A DNA stretch of 64,000 bases, from the IMG/VR virus record IMGVR_UViG_3300029305_001143. One strand, written 5' to 3'. A program made the translations under genes and the position numbers. The first letter of the stretch is position 1; every line of letters begins with the position of its first letter. Shown in pieces: positions 28,352 to 37,800 of this stretch. Source of the stretch: an uncultured virus (IMG/VR IMGVR_UViG_3300029305_001143) (lineage: Duplodnaviria > Heunggongvirae > Uroviricota > Caudoviricetes). The notes below the pieces were generated by a model that saw nothing but the letters and a program-made list of their open reading frames with translations, was not told the DNA's origin and did no database searches.

Positions 28352-29700
28352 TACACCTCCTCAATATATAGCATACCATTATCAACACCGAATTTATATT
28401 TGACACCACTACCGTCAGAGATTAATCTAGAATCAGCAACAGCCTTAGGAGTAGCTGCTACTCCATCACTGGCATCTAATGAACTATCGATATCATCAGA
28501 TAGTCTCACGTGAGCTTCTATACTATTAGAACCTCTCTGAGTCATATGTGTAGTGAATGTAGAAGTTATGTTAGTAACATCATTAGCTTCGACTATTCTA
28601 GTGACCTTAAAGGTTATCATATCCCCCGTACTCACTATGAAGTCTGGTGCAAGATCTATTGAGTCATTCTGATAGTCTACGGTATAATGTTCTCCTTCGA
28701 CTAGTACTAGTCCTTCGTAGTTGACCTGTAAGATATCTCCTTCTTCTATAGAGAGATTCACAGGATAACGACCTCCAGCTGCAGGAGGATTAGATCCCAC
28801 ATGACTCACGGACTGGTACTGTAGGAATCCCATAGTGGCTGCACTATCTACGAATCCCTCTCCAGTTATGTATGTCTTGAACTCTCTAGTGATAGGACTA
28901 TACCAAACAGTACCATCTACATACTCACCTACAGGCTCTGTATCACTCTTTATGAATTCCTGACGATCTTCTCCTCTAGCAGCGATAGCAGGATGTACAT
29001 GGACAGACTCTACTAGTCTAGTGGATGCATTATAGTGATAATCTAAAATAGGTATCACATATAATGTATCTCCCTCAGCAGGGAAGTTAGTAGGAGTGCG
29101 AGCTTTTAGTACCTCATTAGAGTACACATTAGCTACCACACTATAATGATTCTCTTGGTCAATATCACCAGACTCTGTCAGCGAGGGGAGAGGTACTTCT
29201 AATAAGTTACCTAGAGAGTCCTTAGATACTAACACAGGTATCCATCTAAATTGGTACCTACTAGTCAATTGAGTCTTGAATTTATTGTCTAGTAAGTCAT
29301 TTTGTAGGTCGGAGTTATATAATCCTCCGTAGTTCTTCATAGTACTACTAGCTAGGATAGATTGATACCAACCTACTATACAGACAGTACCGTCTGAGTA
29401 ACCTTTCCCACGGATAGCTTCAGTACTAATGAATACAGAAGAATCATCTGCCTGTATGAGTGATATATCTCCATCTATTAGTATCACAGCAGGTTCTTGT
29501 AGTTTGATACCTTTGCTGGATAGGACTAATCCAGGCGTATTCATCAGTCCTGAGCCTAATAGATTATTCATGATATAAGCATTCTTCATGAATACAGTAT
29601 CAGCATACTCATGAATATCTTCACTCATGATAGGTAGATGATCATAATGCTTGATACCTCTGTACAATTTATTGTCAGAGTATTGATTACCTATTAGCAT
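28351..29700 (-). CDS. Tail fibre-related protein
   Basis: Fibre repeat HVRLSD...AATPKAV and VLVEGEHYTV module. Start placed at ATG 29700 behind GAGGTG. Confidence 0.6.
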   Translation of the reverse strand: MLIGNQYSDNKLYRGIKHYDHLPIMSEDIHEYADTVFMKNAYIMNNLLGSGLMNTPGLVLSSKGIKLQEPAVILIDGDISLIQADDSSVFISTEAIRGKGYSDGTVCIVGWYQSILASSTMKNYGGLYNSDLQNDLLDNKFKTQLTSRYQFRWIPVLVSKDSLGNLLEVPLPSLTESGDIDQENHYSVVANVYSNEVLKARTPTNFPAEGDTLYVIPILDYHYNASTRLVESVHVHPAIAARGEDRQEFIKSDTEPVGEYVDGTVWYSPITREFKTYITGEGFVDSAATMGFLQYQSVSHVGSNPPAAGGRYPVNLSIEEGDILQVNYEGLVLVEGEHYTVDYQNDSIDLAPDFIVSTGDMITFKVTRIVEANDVTNITSTFTTHMTQRGSNSIEAHVRLSDDIDSSLDASDGVAATPKAVADSRLISDGSGVKYKFGVDNGMLYIEEV

Positions 29701-29770
29701 AGAGTCACCTCTTCCTCGCATGGTTTACAAGCTTATAGTCTCTCATAATCTCTTGCATAGTACTACGCAC

Positions 29771-29809
29771 AGTAGGGTAGTCAGATTATCGAACTCTGAC
29801 TACCCTACT
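29771..29809. other. 15-bp perfect hairpin
   Basis: AGTAGGGTAGTCAGA / TCTGACTACCCTACT, with no T-tract on the sense strand. Confidence 0.7.
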
Positions 29810-29824
29810 AACTTGTATATGATA

Positions 29825-30355
29825 TTAACTAATAGTCACTGTAGGCTGAGTAGTTACCTTAACTCCTGTCAATACTGTAGCTGTATTCTTAGTACCTGTA
29901 GCTACTGTGACATTAGAGGTAGAAACTGATGTCGGAGTATTCGGAGTAAAGGTGAATGAAAGTACTCCGTTACTATCTACACTTGTAGTCATAGCAGCTG
30001 CAGAACCTGCGGAGACTGTTGGATTCTTAATAGTGGTAGTGTTCAGTTCAGTAATAGCAGATGCAGTACCGTTAGCTCCAACAGCTGTACCTGAAGCTGT
30101 AGCAGATAGTGAGATATTACTGCTAAGAGACTTACCATTGACTGTAGTAGTCTTTGGTACCATAGTACCTGCTAATGATTTAGCCTCCTCTGCTAGAGCA
30201 TTAGCTTCACCAGCTAACGAGGAGTTCTGAGTAATACGAGAGTCGAACTCATTAGCCATACCATTGAAGCTATCAACACTTACCTTAGTATTTAAAGCAT
30301 TCGTAATATGCTGCCACATTCTCTCAAATGCTCTGAATATAGATTGATTAGCCAT
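29825..30355 (-). CDS. Thr/Ser-rich fibre-like virion protein
   Basis: N-terminal coiled coil and TVNGKSLSSNISL fibre repeat. Confidence 0.55.
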   Translation of the reverse strand: MANQSIFRAFERMWQHITNALNTKVSVDSFNGMANEFDSRITQNSSLAGEANALAEEAKSLAGTMVPKTTTVNGKSLSSNISLSATASGTAVGANGTASAITELNTTTIKNPTVSAGSAAAMTTSVDSNGVLSFTFTPNTPTSVSTSNVTVATGTKNTATVLTGVKVTTQPTVTIS

Positions 30356-30520
30356 GTGATTACCTCCTCAATCAATTAATATTATGTCTCAACTTTATCG
30401 ATATAGAGACTGCAAGTAGTTCTGAATATAGTCACTTAATGAGACTCACGTTATTTAGTTAATTTATGTTACATTCATTCCCCACTGAGTCGGGGTTCTC
30501 TCAACGTCGTTTCATCGATG

Positions 30521-31006
30521 TTAACTCAGTGTACCGCAAATCCACTGATATGTATAACCAGCTTTTAGCGGATAAGTTGAAAGTGCTCTGAATTTTATAT
30601 TAGTATCATCAGCAAAAGAAGTGTCTGTAAAGTTTACAATAGTGTTCGCAGCTTGACTGTTACTATTTTGATAAACGACAAGGCCTCTTGTGTAGTTCAC
30701 TGTTCCGTTTGAAATGAACGGCTTATGCCCCAACACCTGAAAGGTCTGTGTCGATGTCAAAGCAGTGGTTGCGGCATCATTAAGAAGCATCAAAATAGCG
30801 AAATCTGGCTTCTTGCCAAGTCCATGAGCAACGGAATAGTCCGCTGTGATATTGGATGTTGGTGCTATAATACCGCTCGTCAGAGCAGAAATTCCTTCGG
30901 GCAGACCACCAGAGCCTCCACTACCAGCATCGGGCAGGGCATTGACCTTAGCCAATACGGTCTGGAGGTCAATGTTGTTAGATTGAAGTTCGGATTTGAT
31001 ATTCAT
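30521..31006 (-). CDS. Small tail-associated adhesin-like protein
   Basis: LQSNNIDLQTVLAKVNALP helix, Gly linker, HGLGKKP; atypical composition. Confidence 0.55.
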   Translation of the reverse strand: MNIKSELQSNNIDLQTVLAKVNALPDAGSGGSGGLPEGISALTSGIIAPTSNITADYSVAHGLGKKPDFAILMLLNDAATTALTSTQTFQVLGHKPFISNGTVNYTRGLVVYQNSNSQAANTIVNFTDTSFADDTNIKFRALSTYPLKAGYTYQWICGTLS

Positions 31007-31020
31007 TTGTTAGACCTCCT

Positions 31021-32166
31021 TTAGTATAAGTCAATATAGATAGTTGCCCCTGCTGTTTTAGGAGCGTTAAATGTGGCATGGCCAAAATTGGAGGAGTCAA
31101 TGTCAAACTCGTCAATTCCTGCGTTCATAAAACTTTCATATATAACTTCACCATTGTCCTGTGACCATCCATGACATACTATGCGAGAATTACACACAGC
31201 AATTATTGGATAATATGAACCAGCTAAGCCTTGCACTGTACCAAGTATTGCCCCGTCCCTCATAGTTGTAAATTCGACGTTACCCCAATATTCGTTTAAT
31301 CTCCGAATGTTGATAGTACAAGTCTCCACACTCGCACCACCACCACCCGCAGCTTTTCCTTCCAGAGCAGTCAGAATGTCAGCAATCAAGGCATCCTGTG
31401 CAGTTACCTCCGCTTCGGCAAGGTACTGGTCGGGGATTGGTCCAACAGTTACAGCTCCTGTAGTATACTTTCCACTAGCAACAGCTGTCTGAGAAGTAGT
31501 ACTAGGCGTGATTGTCTTAGATGCCTGTGTAGGTAACTGAGTAGCTGTAGGCAGACCACCAGAGGTAGCTCTGATCATACCTGCTGAGCTGACCGTGATA
31601 GTAGGATAGGTATCGAAGTAGAACTGTAGTGTATCGTTATTGGAGTGCTGGGAGCTATCCTTGATGAACTTAACATCGATGAAATGCTCCCCTACGCTGA
31701 CACTACTGTAGGTAACAAATACAGGTGTAGCACTTTGCTGACCTTTGAAGTTCTTCTGATAATTGCTATCTGCTGTACTAGATAGAGTTAATGCTGTATC
31801 TACCTTTCCGAAGATAGCATAATCGTAATTACTCTCTGCATAGTTGATAGCCTTAATAGTAACCTCACAAGGAAGTTTCACATCCAGGATGATACGGCAG
31901 ATAGCATAGGAGCTATTTACTCCTTTATTCTTAGACTCGTAATAACCACTAGAGTTAAGATCGAATCCATATTGAGCTCCTGGAATAGGTTCTACCCTAT
32001 AAGTGTAAGCTGTAATGAATTGGTTATCGGATCCTCCTTTGATACTGCCAATACCTTCGACAATATCCTCCAGAGTCATCTCATCTGTAGTGCCAGTACG
32101 TGAACGTACAGCATCAGCGATGTCTACTAGATTAGTCCGATTGACAATAACCTTAGTTGTACTCAT
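31021..32166 (-). CDS. Tail fibre/adhesin-like modular protein
   Basis: LVDIADAVRSRTG N-terminus, AESNYDY beta-sandwich, KTITPSTTSQ repeat, ALEGKAAGGGG linker and a variable C-terminus. Confidence 0.55.
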   Translation of the reverse strand: MSTTKVIVNRTNLVDIADAVRSRTGTTDEMTLEDIVEGIGSIKGGSDNQFITAYTYRVEPIPGAQYGFDLNSSGYYESKNKGVNSSYAICRIILDVKLPCEVTIKAINYAESNYDYAIFGKVDTALTLSSTADSNYQKNFKGQQSATPVFVTYSSVSVGEHFIDVKFIKDSSQHSNNDTLQFYFDTYPTITVSSAGMIRATSGGLPTATQLPTQASKTITPSTTSQTAVASGKYTTGAVTVGPIPDQYLAEAEVTAQDALIADILTALEGKAAGGGGASVETCTINIRRLNEYWGNVEFTTMRDGAILGTVQGLAGSYYPIIAVCNSRIVCHGWSQDNGEVIYESFMNAGIDEFDIDSSNFGHATFNAPKTAGATIYIDLY

Positions 32167-34772
32167 TAGAATTTCACCTCACTAATAGTAGCATCTAATA
32201 AAGTAGTGCCACAGATGGAGTCGATATCCTCTACTGAGATTAGCTCATCAGAAGCTGCAGAGACTACATCTACAGTATCTGTCCAAGTCTTACCGTCGAG
32301 AGAGTACAAGAATGCACCACTAGACAGTGCGATTACGAATTGGCCATCAACGAAGTCAGACCACAGTATAGTGTTATCAGGCTGATACTGGTCTGGTATG
32401 GGTGCGAAATCGTATTTCTCTATATAGCCCTCAGATGTATCAGGTACAATCCACCAACACCCTAATAGACCAGCAATGTCTACTTCAGATGATGTGATAA
32501 TGAATCTTCCGTTACCATAAGAGATGGAGTCCCAGTTATAGCTGAAATCCCCATTCATAGTGAGTACTTGCAAATAGTCCCACTTCAGTTCCTCGTTATC
32601 CGCAGCATACACTCCTGGACTAGCATATACGATAGCAGACTGGTTTTGATATTTACAGGATACAGCTAGTATACCTGATCCATAAGCTATACCCATTACA
32701 TCTGTGCAGTAATCAGGTAGTAGTATAGCACCCATATAACCTGTATATGCATCGAACATAGATATGAAATCATCACCAGCATATCCGTACAATCTAGTAT
32801 CACTAGATGTGAACATACTATGATACTCTAAATTATTGATACTCCCCCTCACCCAACAATCTGGATCATAGGGATAATCCATATTAACTACACAGATTCC
32901 TGTATCTGGACTCGTGATGATAAATTGCTGATTGTAGTATGTGATTGACCACCAAGGTTGCGGGAACTCCAGATCCACAGTATCCCAGTTATATCCATCT
33001 TCTGATATAGCTAAGATACCTGAATCAATCGCAACAGCAATGAATACTTTAGATCCATAAATGTCACCATATGCAATATCAATCCAGCGCTGTGACAGTG
33101 GCAAGTTCACAGATTCCCACACACCTCCGTCAGCTTTTACAGCAGCTACATTAGTATTAGGAGCGATGGCTACCATTACACCATTACCATGAGCTACAGC
33201 TACATAAGAGGTAACGTCTATAATAGGAGGACTAGAGGTTTGCTTAGATAGGATACCAGAGTTCTCTAGGTAAGACTTAGGGACATAGTCTGCAAAATTT
33301 CCTTCAGGGATAGGGAGATAGATACCATTACTACCATACTCATGCCATACTTTCTTATTATTTACAGAGAGTATAGGATATACAGACTTATACTCAGGTA
33401 CCCCATTATTAGCTTCTTCCTCATACATCTTTCTGATTAGTGTCTGTCCATACGCTGGAGGCTCATCTTTGCTTACAGGAGCGTATCCACCTACAACTTC
33501 AAGAGACTCATTCATCACAGGGACCTGACCTGACATTATATTATCAGTAGGGACGAAGTCTCTTTGAGTCCAGAAAGAATGTCCGTCTTCAGTGGTAAAT
33601 GGTACGATAGGCATGCCAGGACCTAAAACATGAAGTGGATCTAAGTCCAGTGCATTAGTGATATCGTCAGAGGTTAACTCACTACGAATAGTCTCTGAAG
33701 ACTTGTTCTCAACATTACCTAAACCTAGATCAGATTTAGTAGTTCCATGAGGATTACCTGTAGTAATTTGAGAATGATCATAGGCAGTCTTACCATGATC
33801 ACCTCTATAAGCAGTAGATGAGGTAGTACCTAATGCTAAGGAAGCAGAGATTTCTACGAAGGCAGATCCTGACCAGCGATACGTCTTGTTGCTAGTAGTA
33901 TCAACATAGATCTTTCCAGACTCTCCGTATCCTTGTAGAGTGATACCAGTAGAAGTCCTGAAACTAGAAGAAGACAAATAAGTTCCCTCAATCACATCAT
34001 CTACATAAGCAGGAAGTTGTGATGAAGGCACTCTTCCCTGAGCATCTAATTCAGCTACTCCATTAGCAACTCCCTTGAGAGACTTATCTAGCTTATTATT
34101 GAGAGCAGCACTAACTGCCTGATTCTGTACAGGATTTGTAGAAGTACCACTTATATCTTCGTCTACAATGGTCTTATTAGCTCCATCTTCTATCCCGTCT
34201 ACCTTCTTCTTATCACCAGAAGACATCAGACCTGCAGCAGACTGAGTAGCTTCGTTGTATGTGGTGTCTTGAGCAGGTATACCTAGGTCTGTAATATCAG
34301 ACTTCTCTACAGCAGAGGCACCATTTACATGACCTTGACCATCTACTGTGATCTTATACAGACCACTAGTTCTAGGGGTATGAGAAGGATGAGTGTACAC
34401 GGTATCTCTGGCAGAGATCGTGACCTTATCATTAGTAGGGTCTGTAGTGATAGTTACATTATCACCTGCTGCTAAATTCAGAGTATCAGCAGCACTATCA
34501 GCAGATACAGGACTCTGTCCACTCACTTCGATAGTACTAAACGATTTATGAGCATCGAGCTCACTTCTTAATTCTGAGATACCTTCTAAGATAACTTCAT
34601 CTGTGAAAGGCAGCTGAGTATATTTCTTAGTGCCATCACCGATCTTAAATCTGAGATCACCTTCAGCTGTATCTACTAGGATCAATTCTCCATTCAGTAA
34701 TACAGGATCCTTAGAAGTCCAGTTAGCAGATGTGTCTCTTTTGTGCTTGATACGAGTATTTAGCTCAGACAT
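32166..34772 (-). CDS. Tail fibre protein with Mtd-N/hyaluronidase-like N-terminus and beta-propeller-like C-terminus
   Basis: KRDTSANW...PVLLNGE...KIGDG, GLMSSGDKKKVDGI, GVAELDAQGRVPSSQLP, W..I.YG repeats. Confidence 0.75.
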   Translation of the reverse strand: MSELNTRIKHKRDTSANWTSKDPVLLNGELILVDTAEGDLRFKIGDGTKKYTQLPFTDEVILEGISELRSELDAHKSFSTIEVSGQSPVSADSAADTLNLAAGDNVTITTDPTNDKVTISARDTVYTHPSHTPRTSGLYKITVDGQGHVNGASAVEKSDITDLGIPAQDTTYNEATQSAAGLMSSGDKKKVDGIEDGANKTIVDEDISGTSTNPVQNQAVSAALNNKLDKSLKGVANGVAELDAQGRVPSSQLPAYVDDVIEGTYLSSSSFRTSTGITLQGYGESGKIYVDTTSNKTYRWSGSAFVEISASLALGTTSSTAYRGDHGKTAYDHSQITTGNPHGTTKSDLGLGNVENKSSETIRSELTSDDITNALDLDPLHVLGPGMPIVPFTTEDGHSFWTQRDFVPTDNIMSGQVPVMNESLEVVGGYAPVSKDEPPAYGQTLIRKMYEEEANNGVPEYKSVYPILSVNNKKVWHEYGSNGIYLPIPEGNFADYVPKSYLENSGILSKQTSSPPIIDVTSYVAVAHGNGVMVAIAPNTNVAAVKADGGVWESVNLPLSQRWIDIAYGDIYGSKVFIAVAIDSGILAISEDGYNWDTVDLEFPQPWWSITYYNQQFIITSPDTGICVVNMDYPYDPDCWVRGSINNLEYHSMFTSSDTRLYGYAGDDFISMFDAYTGYMGAILLPDYCTDVMGIAYGSGILAVSCKYQNQSAIVYASPGVYAADNEELKWDYLQVLTMNGDFSYNWDSISYGNGRFIITSSEVDIAGLLGCWWIVPDTSEGYIEKYDFAPIPDQYQPDNTILWSDFVDGQFVIALSSGAFLYSLDGKTWTDTVDVVSAASDELISVEDIDSICGTTLLDATISEVKF

Positions 34773-34805
34773 CTATAATACAACCTCCTTAACTTACGTG
34801 AGGTA

Positions 34806-34833
34806 TGTGGCGTAGACATTAGCCTACGCCACA
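34806..34833. other. GC-rich hairpin downstream of the 1870-aa gene
   Basis: TGTGGCGTAG / CTACGCCACA; no T-tract. Confidence 0.6.
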
Positions 34834-34882
34834 CCCCACTATGATTACGATATTATAGTTAACATTTATGGAGATATATCAC

Positions 34883-37800
34883 TTAATTTCTAGTAGTAGA
34901 CTTACCAACGCAGATACCGAAGATATTACCATGAGCAGCATAGGAGGCATAAGTACTAATACCTCCACCTAGAGTAGATATCATCCAGTATGCAGTGGAG
35001 CTATAAGGTACAGGAGATCTAGTCCAGTATCTCTTCGCATATCCTTCTGCAGTACATCTGATACGATGTAGTCTACTTTCTTCCTCATCCATACCTATCA
35101 TATAAGCGTAGGTATGACCTTCTGCTGCATAGATCTCAACATTAGAATAACTATCGATCAACTCTATGAGAGCAGGCTTCCAGATAGTATCAGTAGTAGT
35201 GATAACCTCAGACACATCCACTGAACCAGATCCTGCTGAAGTCCTCTTGAGTATAGGTACGATATTCCTCCTTAGCTCTGCAGAGAGAGCAGGTAAGATA
35301 GTATTCATCAGATATTCTCTGTTATCACAGCCTTCCCAGCTGACTCTGTTCAGATCAGAAGAGTTACTCATGATGTAAGACTTCTTCAGTACTCCCTTCA
35401 GTAGCCAGGAGATTCCAGCCTTACCAGAGCCATCAGCTAGATCATCGTGGTCATGACCAACTACCTCTAACTCAATGAGCTCAGCAGTACCATCTTCATA
35501 AGTGAGCACCTCACGCTTCAATGCTCCAAGAGGATAGAGAGTCTTGTAGGTACCATTCTCCACATTAGCAGAGATAGTATCCCAACTATCTAAGATATGA
35601 TCAGATTCTGCGAAGTTAGCGTAGTAGTTAGCATCTCCCTCAATCATGACTAACTCAGGAGACCATCCTAAGAACTTATAGTCTTGTGGATACTCTACAT
35701 TTAACTTCTCAGGCTGAGCTAGATTATAGGTAGGCATCTGACCATACTCTCTAATGTATTGGAGTAAGAGTATATCCTCATTGTAGAAAGAGATCTGGTA
35801 GGATCTTATAGTCTCTATGAACACTGCCTTGACTACAGTGACTCCTTGGATATCAGCAAATACTGTATCCCACTCTTCGAATGTATAATCGAATTGAGCT
35901 GTACTCTCCTTAGTAGGAGTATTAATCATACCAGACAGGATAGGATCAGTGACTGTATCTCCAAGAGATCTATACTCCATGTGGAGTAGGGTATCATCAC
36001 AGTAGAATCTGACAGCGTAGAAGACATTGTAGGTAGCCACGAAAGACTTACTTCTCTGAATATTCTCCAGAGAGTCACTCCAACCCTTGTAGGTGTAATG
36101 ATAATCTATCGTGTCTTCTCTGACAGGCGTATCTATGATACCCTCAGCTACGATATCTGCAGCATTAGTACCTCTCTCAACCGTGGTGACATATAGGAGA
36201 GTACCATCTGCGTTATAGTAGCTGACTGTACAGAGAATGACACCATCAACAGAGATCATCAACTCTGGGAAGGAGGTGTTAATATCTCTTAGCAGATCTT
36301 CGCTAATAGAAGGAACATGCACTATGCCAGATACAACAGCCTTATTGGTATTGAGACCTGTCTCGTCGATTCCTCCGCATCTAAGGAGCTTCTGGTAGAT
36401 GCCTTGTAACTGATCTTCTGTGCAGCTCCATTCGACATTTATGAGACGTGCTCTTACTAGATTAGGAGTACCTAATAGTATATCTGCGAGAGGTACTGCA
36501 GCTGACTTAACTATGTGAAGCTCAGTGATACTTTCATAGGATTCCATGGAGAAATCCTCTAAGTAATCCTGATTCCTGATAGTTAAGTTAGTGATAGTAC
36601 CTGGTAAGTGTACAATCCTCAGATATCCAGAATCAGTCAAATTCAAGCTAGTAATACTAGAACCTTCAGCATAGACTTCTTCGATACCAGGACAACCTGC
36701 TAGATTGACAGGATTCGTTAGACTCTTGCAGTTACGGATATCCAGCTTCTTAAGTAATCTGTTAGTACCAAGACTTAGAGTATGCAACTGACTCTGATAT
36801 GTCGGATCTTCGTTACCTAACTTCAGCTCTATCAGCTTCTTAGCATGAGAGACATCACAGTAGTTGCAGTATAGCAGTGATAGATCTCCCAAGCTAGATA
36901 GCTGAGAAGCTCCATAGATAGCAGTCTCCGCATCATTGAAGATACCTGCAGGAGCCTTGAAGGTATAAGGTTCATTCTTCTGTAGCCTCTTCTGCTGTAG
37001 GGAGCCATTAGCTTTATAACGTACTCCTGCATACATAGCACTGAAAGGTGTCACTGTAATATCTGCACAAGGAGCTACATTGCCATATTTCCCCTCCTCT
37101 GGAGTATTGATACGGATAGTGATACGATCCTCAGCGTAATAGGAAGAATACCATTTACTATCGCAGTAATTGAATCTACCATCTAGGAAGTACTCTAGAT
37201 GATGCTCACCTGTACCTCTGATCTGAGGGACATTATTAGCATCTCCTTCACTACGTAGCATAGACAGATACTTGAAGTCAGAATCTTCATTGTAGATAGA
37301 GGCAGACCACTTATCGGAACCATTGACTACGAACTGGTCACGGATCTTAGTATAAGTCAGTTTACCATTCTCAACTCCTGTATCAATATTCTTACTACCT
37401 CTAAGTCCTACGTAAGTCTCCTGTATCTCTTTAGCGAATGCAGCAGAGAATTTAGTCCAGAGGACGCTATTCTGACCATTGTAGACCTTAGTACCTCCTT
37501 CCAGATAATCGGTATCTTCGTGGTAGTAGTCGAATACTAGCTGACCTTCGTTATTAATACCAAGGCAAGTATCGTTATCGTAGAACCAAGGCTCCCACTT
37601 ACCTGTAGTAGCCCAGTAAGTTAGGAACATATTCTTAGCTCTCTGATCGACCATCAGTAGGAAGAAAGTGAACACATAGTAGATCAGAGTCTTGTGGAGA
37701 TTGAATCTCTCTTGGAACTCTTCTCTATATCTAGCTAATGTAGTACTGTCAGTCAGATCATAATCCTTAGTAGAGACTATCCAGTTGTGTAAGGTCCTAA

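Noticed and set aside
34800..35050. Possible diversity-generating retroelement target (DUF6273-like C-terminus plus downstream hairpin)
   Set aside because: No template repeat or reverse transcriptase is in the window, and the codons look like ordinary genome usage. It cannot be excluded without the rest of the genome.
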